A stretch of DNA of 64,000 bases from Nitrospirota bacterium (GCA_963796285.1 CAWCKW010000001.1:193-64192), one strand, 5' to 3'. Positions 9,411 to 20,307 are shown, counted from the first letter of the stretch. Notes: generated by a model not told the origin, from the letters alone. Translations and numbers: made by a program.

Positions 9411-11345
9411 TTACCTTTCTTTCCTTAATTCTTCGAAAAACTTCCTGAACTCCTCCCGCTCATCGGTGATCCGGCACTTCGGGATCGACCTCAAAAACCA
9501 CTTGCCATAGCCTTTGGTCATGATGCGCGTGTCGAGCACGGCCACCGCCCCGCGGTCGGTCCTGGAGCGTATGAGCCTGCCGAAGCCCTGGCGGAAGAGC
9601 AGCGTAGCCTGCGGTACCTGGTATTCGTAGAAAGGATTTTTGAGCCGCTCCATGCGCGCTTCAACAATGGGCTCGTCGGGCACGGCAAAAGGCAGTTTCG
9701 CGATCACGACGCACTGGAGCGCGTCGCCGGGGATGTCGATGCCCTGCCAGAAGGAAGCGGTGCCCATGAGCACGGCGGTCGGCATGCCTTTGAACTGCTC
9801 GATCAGCCGGTAGGGCGGCATCTCTCCCTGGCACAGGAACCCGAGGCCGGGCATTTCCCGCCGCAGCGTCTCCGCGCTCTTTCTGAGCTGACCATAGCTG
9901 GTGAAGAGCACGAGCGTTCTTCCTTGCGTCACGGACAGAACGGCGCCGAGTTCAGCATCGAACTTTTCCTGATACCCGCTTGCCTGCTGATCGTCGAGGC
10001 CGGAGGCGATGTAGAGCAGTGCCTGGTCCTGGAAGTCAAAGGGTGAGTCGAGGAGCAATTCCCTCGGCGCATCCAGGCCAAGCCGGTTCTTGATATAGGT
10101 GAAGGTCCCCGCTGCGGAGAGCGTGGCCGAGGTGAGCACGACCGTGTCCGTTTTTCCAAAAAGATTTTCCCGCAGTGTCTCAGCCACATCGATCGGCGAG
10201 GCAACGAGCCGGTACCGCATGTTCTCGCGCTCGGCCCAGTACACGAAGCCATCGGCGCTTTGATCCAGGTTCACCCGCACCGCAGCGGCGAAGGAGTGCG
10301 CCCGGTTGGCCAGGGCCTTGATCTCGAGCTCCTCTTCCAGGGACTCGGCCTTGAGTTCGAGGAGCGCGTCCTGCAGCTCCATGAGCGGTCCGCTCAGGAT
10401 GTCGGGCACGATGTTCCGGCGCCGGATCCTGAGCGCCGGTTCTTTCGCGAGCAGGGGATGGAGGTTCAGGAAGAAGTTGTCCGATATGACGCGGAGGCCG
10501 TCGACCATGCCGTGCGCGATCTGCACCTCCGCGTCCTGAACCGTGAGGCGTGTGAGCAGTCCCCTGCGCGTGCGCTGGCTCAGGAGCGTGTCCAGGAGGT
10601 AGCGGACCGAGAAGTTAGTGACCTCGACCCCGAGATAGTCCGTTGCCACATCCTCAACCTGGTGCGCCTCGTCGAAGACAACGGTTTTATGCAAAGGAAG
10701 CACGTTGCCGCCAGTTGCCATGTCGGCAAAAAACAGGTGATGGTTCGCCACGAGGATGTGTGCCTGCTGCTCTACGGATTTGGCCTTCAGGTAGAAGCAG
10801 TCTTTATTGTACGAGCAGTCCTTGCCGAAGCAAAGGTCCGCTTGTCTGCATGCCTTGCCCCAGATACCCGGCGACGGCTCGAAGTCGAGCTCGCTCCGGA
10901 GCCCGGTGCGCGTCATGGTGGACCAGGCGAAGAGCCGGTTCAGGGGTTCGATCTCGTTCTGCTCATAGAGGTTGCCGATGCGGAGGTGGTCGAACCTTCG
11001 TAAACAGAGATAGTTCTCGCCGCCCACACAGAGCGCGTAGCGGAAATCGCCGAGCACGGACCTCAGGAAAGGAAGGTCCTTGTCCACGAGTTGCTGCTGC
11101 AGCGCTTTGGTGTAAGTCGCGACCACGGCTCGCTGGTTCTCCTCGCGCGCCCGGAGGACCAGGGGTACGAGATAGGCCAGGCTTTTGCCCACGCCCGTGC
11201 CGGCCTCAACGATCAAATGGGTCTTGTCCTCGAGCGCCTTCTCCACGGCTGCGGCCATTTCCATCTGCTGGGGACGGTGCTCGTAGGCCTGTTGCATGGC
11301 CCGTGCGATCACTCCCGTTTCCCCGAAAAGCTTTAAGGCATTCAT
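9411..11345 (-). CDS. dinG: DinG/Rad3 (XPD)-family ATP-dependent DNA helicase.
   Basis: Walker A EAGTGVGKSLAYL, DEAH box VVFDEAHQVED, a Cys cluster CRQADLCFGKDCSYNKDC (Fe-S domain) and C-terminal helicase motifs (GTASFWQGIDIPG, QGFGRLIRS). Confidence 0.85.
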   Translation of the reverse strand: MNALKLFGETGVIARAMQQAYEHRPQQMEMAAAVEKALEDKTHLIVEAGTGVGKSLAYLVPLVLRAREENQRAVVATYTKALQQQLVDKDLPFLRSVLGDFRYALCVGGENYLCLRRFDHLRIGNLYEQNEIEPLNRLFAWSTMTRTGLRSELDFEPSPGIWGKACRQADLCFGKDCSYNKDCFYLKAKSVEQQAHILVANHHLFFADMATGGNVLPLHKTVVFDEAHQVEDVATDYLGVEVTNFSVRYLLDTLLSQRTRRGLLTRLTVQDAEVQIAHGMVDGLRVISDNFFLNLHPLLAKEPALRIRRRNIVPDILSGPLMELQDALLELKAESLEEELEIKALANRAHSFAAAVRVNLDQSADGFVYWAERENMRYRLVASPIDVAETLRENLFGKTDTVVLTSATLSAAGTFTYIKNRLGLDAPRELLLDSPFDFQDQALLYIASGLDDQQASGYQEKFDAELGAVLSVTQGRTLVLFTSYGQLRKSAETLRREMPGLGFLCQGEMPPYRLIEQFKGMPTAVLMGTASFWQGIDIPGDALQCVVIAKLPFAVPDEPIVEARMERLKNPFYEYQVPQATLLFRQGFGRLIRSRTDRGAVAVLDTRIMTKGYGKWFLRSIPKCRITDEREEFRKFFEELRKER

Positions 11346-11469
11346 CGAAAAGAAGAGTAACACGGAGGGGACAAGAATGCAAATTCAAGTTGTACTGTCC
11401 GGTTTTTTCGGGGTTTTTCCCGCCTTTTTCTTGCGCAAATCGTTCTGTTGTGTTAGTATTGCAAGCGGT

Positions 11470-12480
11470 ATGCGCACACTCTTTGCTCTCATTGTTCTCT
11501 GTGTTTGTTCACTGCCGATCAGCGCAGGCGCCGCTGAAAAGGGACTGACCGTCAATAACGTGCGGCATGCTTCCTACGCTGCCTTCACCCGGATCGTTTT
11601 CGAGGTCGAGGCCGCGGCGCCCTATGTTCTGCTCCGATCGACCGACGGGCGCAGCGTCACGGTCAGCTCCTATGACGGCCCGTTCTTGCTCAAGACGCCG
11701 CTGCCGATGTTCCGTGACAGTGTAGTGCTCGGCCTGGAGTCGCGAGAAGAGGCGGGGAGGACCGTCGTTGTCATCCGCCTTGATGCACCGGCTGGAGAGG
11801 TGAAGGACTTCGTGCTTCGCGGACCCGATCGGATCGTGATCGACATCGCGAAGGGGGCGGCCCCGGTCCCGGTGCCGCCAGCGGACAAGCAAGCAGTGAT
11901 CGTGCTGGACCCCGGCCACGGCGGCAAGGACACGGGCGTTGTTGTGTCGCAGGGGCAGGAAAAGACGCTCACGCTGGACCTTGCGATTGCGATCAGGAAA
12001 ATACTGCAAAAAGACCCGCACCTGAAGGTGGTCCTGACCCGGGACAGGGATAAGGCACTCACGCTTGACGAACGGGCCATGGCCTCGAACGCGGCCGGAG
12101 CGCGGATCTTTGTAAGCATCCACTCCGCGGCGGACGCGGGTTCGCGGGTCTTTATCCAGGACCTGTCCGACGAGCCGGGAACGCAAACGGCCCGCCCCGT
12201 GAGCAACGATTTCCTCGGCTATGAGGCCGGGAGCGAACAGCAGGAGATGCTCTGGGGAAAACAGCAGGCGGCGCATGCGCGAGAGAGCGGAGCCCTTGGC
12301 CGGAAGCTTGCGCGGCAGTTTGCCGGGAAGGACAGCGCCGAGCCCGTCCAGGCCCCGCTGGCGCTGCTCAAGGCAGTAGACGCGGCTGCGGTCCTGATCG
12401 AGACGGGTGCGGCGCTAGACCGTGCGATCGCGGCCGAGGCCATTGCCAGAGGGATCGAACAGTATGTCAAAGAGAACTGA
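11470..12480 (+). CDS. N-acetylmuramoyl-L-alanine amidase with signal peptide and AMIN-like N-terminal domain.
   Basis: Signal peptide MRTLFALIVLCVCSLPISAGAAE. Amidase_3 motifs VLDPGHGGKDTG and IFVSIHSAA. Confidence 0.85.
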   Translation: MRTLFALIVLCVCSLPISAGAAEKGLTVNNVRHASYAAFTRIVFEVEAAAPYVLLRSTDGRSVTVSSYDGPFLLKTPLPMFRDSVVLGLESREEAGRTVVVIRLDAPAGEVKDFVLRGPDRIVIDIAKGAAPVPVPPADKQAVIVLDPGHGGKDTGVVVSQGQEKTLTLDLAIAIRKILQKDPHLKVVLTRDRDKALTLDERAMASNAAGARIFVSIHSAADAGSRVFIQDLSDEPGTQTARPVSNDFLGYEAGSEQQEMLWGKQQAAHARESGALGRKLARQFAGKDSAEPVQAPLALLKAVDAAAVLIETGAALDRAIAAEAIARGIEQYVKEN

Positions 12481-13063
12481 CAGGAGCATGCAGAGCAACC
12501 GGCTGCTGCTCGGCGTGGTGATCATCCTTGCCGCCATCATCGCGTCAGGGGGGATCATGCTCTGGATGCGGATGCCTTCGAACGATACGGTCCAGAAACC
12601 GGCATTGCAAGACCAGAAACTTGCTCATCAGCAGTTTCTGCTTAACGAGCCGCTTCCGATCACACTTTATTATCCCCAAGAGGGGATGCTCGCGGCCAGG
12701 TCGGCTGTTGTGAAACGTCAGCCCGATACGCAGTCGCTGGCGCGGGCAGCGCTTGCGGCCCTGTTTGCTGACCAGCAGGCCTCGCTGGAGCCGGTGCTGC
12801 GGGACATCAGACTGCGGGAGCTTTTTGTCGACGCTTCCGGCACGGCCTATATCGACCTGACCCCGAGTCCGCAGAAGGACGTGCGCGCGTCGGCGTGGGA
12901 GGAGCAGCTGGCGATCTATGCGCTGGTGAACACGCTCCTGCAGAATTTCGAGGAGATCAAGCAGGTCGAGCTGCTGCTCGACGGCAGAGAGGCACAAACC
13001 CTGGCGGGGCACATGGACCTGTCGAGGACATTCACGAAGCGGATGGACCTGGTGAAACAATAA
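12464..13063 (+). CDS. GerMN domain-containing membrane-anchored protein.
   Basis: N-terminal TM segment LLLGVVIILAAIIASGGIML. GerMN-like region ITLYYPQ...AYIDLT...QLAIYALVNTLLQNFEEIKQVELLLDG. The start overlaps the amidase stop. Confidence 0.7.
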   Translation: MSKRTDRSMQSNRLLLGVVIILAAIIASGGIMLWMRMPSNDTVQKPALQDQKLAHQQFLLNEPLPITLYYPQEGMLAARSAVVKRQPDTQSLARAALAALFADQQASLEPVLRDIRLRELFVDASGTAYIDLTPSPQKDVRASAWEEQLAIYALVNTLLQNFEEIKQVELLLDGREAQTLAGHMDLSRTFTKRMDLVKQ

Positions 13064-13149
13064 AAATTCTTACTGAGACGCATCTTTAAATTTGAGTAAA
13101 GTTATTTTATTTACTCCGGTACGACCGCACCAAATGCAGAACATTTTCG

Positions 13150-13173
13150 CGCAAAGCCGCAAAGTCGCAAAGA
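13150..13173. repeat. Three perfect tandem octamers CGCAAAGN.
   Basis: cgcaaagc cgcaaagt cgcaaaga read directly. They lie in the intergenic region upstream of murI. Confidence 0.6.
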
Positions 13174-13284
13174 ACGTCAACAACATGGGAAACTTGATAA
13201 GTTCGTAATAAAACAATTACGCCTGAGTCAGCCTGAATACGAGACCTGATCTCCGGTTGAAGTGAAGCCTCGTTATAACTTATT

Positions 13285-14082
13285 ATGCAAAAAGCGATCG
13301 GCATATTCGATTCCGGTATCGGCGGTCTCACGGTTTTCAAGGAGATCGTGGCAAAGCTCCCGGAGGAGAACATTATTTACCTCGGCGACACGGCGCGGGT
13401 CCCCTACGGCATCCGCTCGGCCGAGACCGTGACGCGCTACAGCTTCGAGAACACGAATTTCCTATTGTCCCAAGAGATCAAGATGCTCGTGGTCGCCTGC
13501 AACACGGCAACGGCGATCAGTCTCGAGGCAGTGAAAAAGGAGTTTCCGCTTCCGGTCATCGGCGTGCTCGAACCCGGTGCCCGTGCAGCGGTCGCATCCA
13601 CGAAGACCCGAAAGGTGGGCGTCATCGGTACCGAGGCAACGATAAACAGTGGCGCCTATGAGAGAACCATTAAGCGGCTCGCTCCCGATGTCGAGGTCAT
13701 GAGCCGTGCCTGTCCGCTCTTTGTGCAACTGGCAGAAGAAGGGTGGACCGACAACGACGTGGCTGAGCTCGTGGCTGGAAAATATCTTGCGCCGTTCCGG
13801 GAAACAGGCATTGATACGCTGGTGCTTGGCTGCACGCACTATCCGCTGCTCAAAGAAGTGATCAGCAAGGCCGTCGGACCCGGAATCATGCTGATCGACT
13901 CAGCGACCGAAACAGCCAAGGAAGTGGCCGATGTGCTCGAGAAGCTCAAATGGCGCGGGAAGGGCGAAGGGGTGCGGAAATTTTATGTGACCGACACGCC
14001 GGCCCGTTTCGAGATGATCGGCAAACGGTTCCTCGGTGATTCACAGCTTCGCGCGGAGCAGGTGAAGGTGGGAGGAGTATGA
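13285..14082 (+). CDS. murI: Glutamate racemase.
   Basis: IGIFDSGIGGLTV, VVACNTATA and LGCTHYPLL motifs. Confidence 0.9.
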   Translation: MQKAIGIFDSGIGGLTVFKEIVAKLPEENIIYLGDTARVPYGIRSAETVTRYSFENTNFLLSQEIKMLVVACNTATAISLEAVKKEFPLPVIGVLEPGARAAVASTKTRKVGVIGTEATINSGAYERTIKRLAPDVEVMSRACPLFVQLAEEGWTDNDVAELVAGKYLAPFRETGIDTLVLGCTHYPLLKEVISKAVGPGIMLIDSATETAKEVADVLEKLKWRGKGEGVRKFYVTDTPARFEMIGKRFLGDSQLRAEQVKVGGV

Positions 14083-15023
14083 TGCAGCCTCTGCGAACCG
14101 GACAAGATACTATACGCGGGGAAAGCAAACGGAAGCTCGATGAGGTGAGCTTGATGAAAAAAGAATGTGAACGGACGAGGACCGTGCTCCCTGATTATCT
14201 GCGCGGTCATGTGTTCTGGACCACACGGAACAGGATCGAACGGCACCTGGAACACTGCGTGGTCTGTAAATCCGAGTTCGACGCGCTCAGGCGCATGGAG
14301 GAGACCCGCCGGCTCCTGAAATACATAGACTCGCCCGAGGGAGTTGCCCACCGCGTAAGAGAGGGCCTCTCCACGCTCACGAAGCTCAAAAAGATCCTGT
14401 ATCGTCCATTGTGGCTTGCGGGCATCGCCCTCATTGTAGCGGGGGTATATTATTACGCCATGCTGCCGCGTCAGCTTGATATTGAGATCGAGAACATTGT
14501 GAAGACCGCGCCGGTAACTACGTCCCCTCCGTCATCAGCGGCACTACAACCGAAGGCGCCTGTTTTGCCGAGGCCGGCGGCCGGAGTGCTGAGGCCGTCG
14601 CCACGGCCTGTCCCCACCCCGGCCGTGGCACCGTTGGCCGTGAGCATTACCCCGGTCAATGAGACCACGGCGATCCAGCGCATCAATGAGGTCATGCAGG
14701 GGCATGAGCAGCTTCGGACACTAAAGTTCAGCGAAACCCACCGGGGGGGTTCCGGCAAACTGATTGAACACGAACTCCTCACGTTCTTCGATCGGATCAA
14801 GGACGTGGCAAAGGTGCGCTATGATCCCAGGCGCTTGAAATCATTCCCCGCTGCCCAGCAGGTCCCGTTTGTGTTGACGCTCAAAGCAGCGCCCAAGACA
14901 GTTGAAAAACCGGTAACGGAACTGAAGACAGTACAAAGTACTGAAAAAGGCATGAACGCACCCGCCGAGACGAAGGCCCCTGCCCCTGTGGCGACCGCTC
15001 CTACGAACTCAGCAACGCCATAG
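14079..15023 (+). CDS. Putative anti-sigma factor (zf-HC2) with a TM segment and a Pro/Ala-rich periplasmic region.
   Basis: CERTRTVLPDYLRG....ERHLEHCVVCKSEF is a zf-HC2 pattern. TM segment LWLAGIALIVAGVYYYAML. ATGATG overlaps the murI stop. Confidence 0.6.
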   Translation: MMQPLRTGQDTIRGESKRKLDEVSLMKKECERTRTVLPDYLRGHVFWTTRNRIERHLEHCVVCKSEFDALRRMEETRRLLKYIDSPEGVAHRVREGLSTLTKLKKILYRPLWLAGIALIVAGVYYYAMLPRQLDIEIENIVKTAPVTTSPPSSAALQPKAPVLPRPAAGVLRPSPRPVPTPAVAPLAVSITPVNETTAIQRINEVMQGHEQLRTLKFSETHRGGSGKLIEHELLTFFDRIKDVAKVRYDPRRLKSFPAAQQVPFVLTLKAAPKTVEKPVTELKTVQSTEKGMNAPAETKAPAPVATAPTNSATP

Positions 15024-15094
15024 GAGAAAGCCGGATAAGGGACCCCGGCGACTGCGGACTTGATCTCTGATGGAGAAATGGATCCCACACGACG

Positions 15095-16444
15095 ATGTCC
15101 CTTAACAGAGCATACCAGGAAACCATTGATTATCTTTTTGCGCTCCAGAAGCATGGGATCAAGCTTGCGTTGTCCAACAGTGCAACGTTAATGGCGCTTA
15201 TGGGCGGCCCGCACCGGAAGTTCCGGTCAATACATGTTGCGGGTACGAATGGAAAGGGGTCGACGTCCTCGTTTATCGCATCCATGCTGCAGGCCGCGGG
15301 ATATCGCGTCGGGCTCTATACATCTCCGCATCTGGTCAGTTTTACCGAGCGCATCAGGATCAACAATGTACTGATCGCCGAGGCAAAGGTCGTGGAGCTG
15401 GCGGGTCGTGTGCGTGACGTCGCTCGGAAGGCGACCGGTCCCGACGGGAGGGGATCGCTCAATCCCACGTTCTTCGAGGTCACGACCGCCATGGCATTTA
15501 CTTACTTCGCGGATGAAGGCGTGGACCTTGTCGTGATCGAGGTCGGCATGGGCGGCAGGCTCGATTCCACGAACGTGATCACGCCGCTCGTGTCGGTGAT
15601 CACGAACATTGAGCTTGAACACACGGAATTTCTGGGGACCGCGCTCGCGCAGATCGCCGGCGAAAAAGCGGGTATTATTAAACAGGGGGTCCCGGTCGTG
15701 ACGGGGGCAACGCAGCCAGCGGTCATCACGGTCATCGAGCAGGAAGCCGCCGCTCAACATGCAGCGGTCTATCGGTTGTCCCGGGATTTTATTCCGGGCC
15801 CTGTCGCAGCGCAGCGCGGGCAGGTCTTTGATTACCGGGGGATCAAATCTTCTTACGAAAAAGTGCGGATACATATGCTCGGAAGGTATCAGGTGGACAA
15901 TGCCTGCCTGGCCCTGGCATCGATCGAGTGTCTGCGTAATGCCGGGGTCATCGTGGATGAGTCCGCTGTGCGGCGCGGACTTGAGCAGGCCCGCTGGGAA
16001 GGGCGTCTGGAGCTTGTGGCGCTTAAGCCTGATATCTATCTTGACGGTGCGCACAACCCCGCATCAGCTCAGAAGCTTGCCGCGACAGTCCGGGAAATGA
16101 AACCCGCTTACGGGAGGATCGTCCTCATCATCGGAATTCTCGGAGACAAGGATTATCAGGGGATCACGTCTGTGCTGGTCCCGCTCGCCGATCACGTGGT
16201 GGTGACGAAGCCGCAGTATTCACGGGCAATGGATGTCCGGGCGCTCGCATCGGAAATACAGAAGCAGCATGGCTCCGTCGAGACCGCTGAGACGGTCAAG
16301 GAAGCGATCGCGGCTGCCGGGAAGGCGGCATCACCGGACGATCTGGTGCTGATCACCGGCTCGCTCTATGTGGTGGGAGATGCGAGGGCAGTGCTCCATC
16401 CGGAACCAGACCGGTCCGGATCGTTGAGCGGGCTGAAAGGATGA
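15095..16444 (+). CDS. folC: Bifunctional folylpolyglutamate synthase / dihydrofolate synthase.
   Basis: P-loop VAGTNGKGST and a Mur-ligase-like layout (EVGMGGRLDSTNV, DGAHNP). Confidence 0.9.
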   Translation: MSLNRAYQETIDYLFALQKHGIKLALSNSATLMALMGGPHRKFRSIHVAGTNGKGSTSSFIASMLQAAGYRVGLYTSPHLVSFTERIRINNVLIAEAKVVELAGRVRDVARKATGPDGRGSLNPTFFEVTTAMAFTYFADEGVDLVVIEVGMGGRLDSTNVITPLVSVITNIELEHTEFLGTALAQIAGEKAGIIKQGVPVVTGATQPAVITVIEQEAAAQHAAVYRLSRDFIPGPVAAQRGQVFDYRGIKSSYEKVRIHMLGRYQVDNACLALASIECLRNAGVIVDESAVRRGLEQARWEGRLELVALKPDIYLDGAHNPASAQKLAATVREMKPAYGRIVLIIGILGDKDYQGITSVLVPLADHVVVTKPQYSRAMDVRALASEIQKQHGSVETAETVKEAIAAAGKAASPDDLVLITGSLYVVGDARAVLHPEPDRSGSLSGLKG

Positions 16445-16692
16445 GGTGGTTCGATTCCGGATTTCGGGTTTGAGGGAGGACTACCCGGAGCATGATTTCG
16501 ATTGGAACTCTTGTCAAAACGACAGGGATCATCCAAGACAAAACCTTTTCTGACAGGATAACAGGATGAACAGGATTGAATACGGTTTTTTATCCTTTAT
16601 TATCCAGTAATGCCGTTTGATAAATACTTTTGAGGTGGATTCACTTTACGATATGCGAGAGAGACCCGGACAGTTGCCATAAGAGAACCATT

Positions 16693-18720
16693 ATGAAGCA
16701 CGGGAGAGCATCTATACTTGTCATCCTTCTTGTCGGCGCGATGCTGACGGGAGCGATCCAACACGCCTGGAGCGAGGGACTCCCGAAGAAGATCCCTGTC
16801 ACCGTGGCGGCGGACACGCTTGATTATGACCGGGCCAATGACCGGTATATTGCGACCGGGCATGTGAAGATCGAGCAGGACGGCACGCGGCTCGAGGCGG
16901 ACAAGGTCATGCTGGACAACAAGACCGGCGAGGCCGTGGCCGAGGGAAAGGTCTTCTTCCAGGACAAGGGAGATATCATGCATGCCGAGAAAATGCAGGT
17001 CAACATGAACACCCGGGACGGCGTTATCGTGAACGGTGACCTGTTTATCAAGAAAGAAAACCTCCACGTGAAGGGGGGCACGATCGAACGGCACTCGGAC
17101 ACCGTCTACCATATTGAGAAGGGCACCGTCACCACCTGTGACGAGGACGAATGGTTTCTGAAGGCGGATGTGCTGGACATCAATATGGAGCGGTATGCCA
17201 CCGGCAGGAAGCTGTCGTTCAACGTGGAGGGCCTACCGGTGTTCTACTCACCCTACTTTCTCTTTCCCGTGCGAAGGCAGACCGGTTTTCTGATGCCGGA
17301 GTCGCTTGGGCACAGCAGCCTCGACGGTATTTATATGAATAACGCGTTCTTCTGGGCCATCTCGGATTATAAGGATATGACCCTCTATTCCGATTACCGC
17401 GAACGGACGGGGCATGGTACTGGCATAGAGTACCGCTATAGGAATTCCCAGGAGTCCAAGGGCCAGGTGTATTACAATTATTTTGACCAGTTCCATACCA
17501 GCGAGTCGCGCTGGAATTTCCAGTTCCAGCATCAGGAAGAATTTGCCGAAGATCTCTCCGGCCGTGTGGACATCAATCTTGTGAGCGATGAGCGCTACTT
17601 TTATGACCTCGATAAGACGCTTGAGAACAAGTCTAAACCCTATCTTGACTCGAACGCCTTCTACGTGGAGCGGTGGAACACGGCCTCGCTTTATCTGATG
17701 GGCCAGTATTCGGTCGACCTCACCCGGACCAACGAAAAGACTGTCCAGAAACTGCCAGAACTGCGCTATACGATCTATGATGAAACGCTTGCCGGACCGC
17801 TTCATCTTCGCTTTGACGGGTCTGCGGCGAATTTTACGAAACAGGAAGGGGAAGGCGCGCGGCGCGTGGACTTCAACCCGCGGTTGACTGCCACGTTCGG
17901 CAGTAATGGCCTGAGCGTTACGCCGAATGCGGGTGTGCGGGCCACGTTCTATGACCGGAGTGCCACGACCGTGGAACCGACGGAGCGAAAATACGTTTAC
18001 GCGGGGACTGAGGTGAACGCCCGTGTTTCCCAAGTGTATGGCATTGATGGCGAGGCCGGGATCGGGCGGATCAGGCATTCGATCGAACCGACGATATCTT
18101 ATGGCTATGTTACCCATATGGAGCAGGGTGATATTCCACAGTTCGATTCTGTGGACTCCGTAGTATCGCAAAACACCGTGACTATCGCGCTGATCAATCG
18201 AATGACCGCACACTATAAAGAAACAAAGGAATCGCCGTATACTACCTTTGATGTGATGGTTTTCAGGCTCTCCCGATCTTATGACTTTAGTGTAGCGCGG
18301 GAGCAAGGTGATACCGCCCATCCAGGTTCTGAGGTGCTCGGAGAGTTGTACCTGAAGACGCCCAAAATGTTCAGCATGTCGGCGACCGGAAGTTACAATG
18401 CCTATGACCATGTCGTGTCCGCTCATTCAGAAGGCGTGGGTTTTACCACGGGGGTGGTGTCTTTGGATCTCACCCACACCTTTACTCAGGGAGTGGCGGA
18501 TTACTTGATCAGCGGGGCAGGCCTTAAGTTCAGCAAGTGGAACCTGCATGCCCAGGTGTCGAGCGATATTCTGAATAAGAAGACCATACGGGAGGACTAC
18601 CTCTTGCACTATGCTTCACAATGTTGGGGATTAAGCCTGACGTACGTTGCAATGCCGGGGGAATACCGGTACTCCGCGATGATAGACTTGAAGGGCTTTG
18701 GTAGCAGGGGATCGAAATAA
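16693..18720 (+). CDS. lptD: LPS-assembly outer-membrane protein LptD (OstA).
   Basis: Signal peptide, then an OstA N-terminal domain (ADTLDYD...ATGHVKIEQDGTRLEADKV) and the motif YSPYFLFPVRRQTGFLMPE. Confidence 0.85.
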   Translation: MKHGRASILVILLVGAMLTGAIQHAWSEGLPKKIPVTVAADTLDYDRANDRYIATGHVKIEQDGTRLEADKVMLDNKTGEAVAEGKVFFQDKGDIMHAEKMQVNMNTRDGVIVNGDLFIKKENLHVKGGTIERHSDTVYHIEKGTVTTCDEDEWFLKADVLDINMERYATGRKLSFNVEGLPVFYSPYFLFPVRRQTGFLMPESLGHSSLDGIYMNNAFFWAISDYKDMTLYSDYRERTGHGTGIEYRYRNSQESKGQVYYNYFDQFHTSESRWNFQFQHQEEFAEDLSGRVDINLVSDERYFYDLDKTLENKSKPYLDSNAFYVERWNTASLYLMGQYSVDLTRTNEKTVQKLPELRYTIYDETLAGPLHLRFDGSAANFTKQEGEGARRVDFNPRLTATFGSNGLSVTPNAGVRATFYDRSATTVEPTERKYVYAGTEVNARVSQVYGIDGEAGIGRIRHSIEPTISYGYVTHMEQGDIPQFDSVDSVVSQNTVTIALINRMTAHYKETKESPYTTFDVMVFRLSRSYDFSVAREQGDTAHPGSEVLGELYLKTPKMFSMSATGSYNAYDHVVSAHSEGVGFTTGVVSLDLTHTFTQGVADYLISGAGLKFSKWNLHAQVSSDILNKKTIREDYLLHYASQCWGLSLTYVAMPGEYRYSAMIDLKGFGSRGSK

Positions 18721-18740
18721 GGACTCGAAAGGGCAATGGC

Positions 18741-19061
18741 GTGGGAGACGAGATCATTGTGCTGATAACAACGTCAACCAGGGATGAAGCCGCGAAGATC
18801 GGGTCAGTGCTTGTGGATGAGCATCTTGCTGCATGCGTGAACATCGTGCCGGAGGTGCGCTCACTGTTCTTCTGGGAGGGCAAGGTCCAGGATGAGCGGG
18901 AGACGCTGCTCATCTGCAAGAGCAGGCTGCCGTGTATGGAGCAGCTTGTAACGCGCGTGAAATCGCTCCACTCTTATACCGTACCCGAGGTGATCGCGCT
19001 CCCGATTGTCGCAGGTTCACGGGATTATCTCGAATGGGTGAAGGATGCGACGAAGGAGTGA
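18741..19061 (+). CDS. cutA: Divalent-cation tolerance protein CutA.
   Basis: LAACVNIVPEVRSLFFWEGKVQDERETLLICKS....HSYTVPEVIALP. GTG start. Confidence 0.85.
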   Translation: MGDEIIVLITTSTRDEAAKIGSVLVDEHLAACVNIVPEVRSLFFWEGKVQDERETLLICKSRLPCMEQLVTRVKSLHSYTVPEVIALPIVAGSRDYLEWVKDATKE

Positions 19062-19464
19062 TTCATCTTGCGGATTGCAGAATGGAGAATACGGAAAAAA
19101 GGAAATGGACTGGCAAAAAACCCGCCATCCGACATCTGCGATCCGAAAGACACTGATCGGGAATCTTGTAAGTGAAATATGAGCAGTAAAGAACCATTTT
19201 TTAGAGACACTTGATTAAAGCGTGGTTTCCCGTTTTAATTTGATAATCAGGGTGTTATCGGATGTATATTGATTGTGCCTATTCTGCCTAATTGCCCTTT
19301 TAGATATTTTTTAGCACAAATTTAGTACAGTGCATTTAAGAAATTGTTAGAGAAGAAATCATTTTTCGTGCCCTATAGATTGCCCTGTAAGCAACATTTT
19401 TGTTTTTTCAAGAGGTGACCACTTGTGAATTGAATCACATCTTTACTACTCTCCTCGTAATATC

Positions 19465-20166
19465 ATGGTGTCATGGTTTAGGAGTAAGATGTTTGATAAA
19501 GAGATTGGGAAACAATTAAAGGCCATCTACCGGTCGCTTTACCGGGCATACGGACCCCAGCACTGGTGGCCCGGCGATACTCCCTTCGAGGTTATGGTAG
19601 GCGCGGTGCTAACGCAGAATACGGCATGGGCAAATGTGGAAAAGGCCATGGCCAATCTCAAGCGGGAACGGCTCCTGACGCCCTCGCGCATGTTCAAATT
19701 GGATCCGGAGAAACTGGCTTCGCTCATACGGCCATGCGGTTATTTCAATATCAAGACAAAACGTCTTCGGCATTTGCTGTCTTTTATCCATACCCGCTAC
19801 TCCGGTAGTCTTACAAGGATGTTCTCAACTGATCCCGAGCTATTGCGTCAACAACTACTCGAAGTAAACGGCATTGGTCCGGAAACGTCCGACGCAATCC
19901 TTCTCTACGCAGGAGAAAAGGCGTTCTTCGTGGTTGATACTTATACCAGACGGATATTCAGCCGGAAGGGGTTGATTGCGGGTAATGCGGATTACGACGC
20001 CCTTCAGGTTCTTTTCATGGAAAACCTGCCTATGGACGCCCAATTTTACAATGAATATCATGCCCTTATCGTCCGAGTCGGAAAAGACCATTGCAAAAAA
20101 ACAAGGCCTCTCTGCAGAGGTTGTCCACTGCGATGTGAGCGAGTGCCGGTTTCAGCTCTTCACTAG
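19465..20166 (+). CDS. Endonuclease III-related HhH-GPD protein with a C-terminal Fe-S Cys cluster.
   Basis: GAVLTQNTAWANVEKA, the HhH motif NGIGPETSDAILLYA, and CKKTRPLCRGCPLRC. Confidence 0.8.
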   Translation: MVSWFRSKMFDKEIGKQLKAIYRSLYRAYGPQHWWPGDTPFEVMVGAVLTQNTAWANVEKAMANLKRERLLTPSRMFKLDPEKLASLIRPCGYFNIKTKRLRHLLSFIHTRYSGSLTRMFSTDPELLRQQLLEVNGIGPETSDAILLYAGEKAFFVVDTYTRRIFSRKGLIAGNADYDALQVLFMENLPMDAQFYNEYHALIVRVGKDHCKKTRPLCRGCPLRCERVPVSALH

Positions 20167-20307
20167 TTTGTCTACCAGAGGAAATGCTATATAACATATT
20201 GTTACTTAAGCGTTTTTTTCATAAAAATAAACAAATAAATAGTTGACATTCCCTGGCTTTTTGTGTTATCTTTAACGCAATTGTATGTACCTGTTCCCGG
20301 AGGAGTG

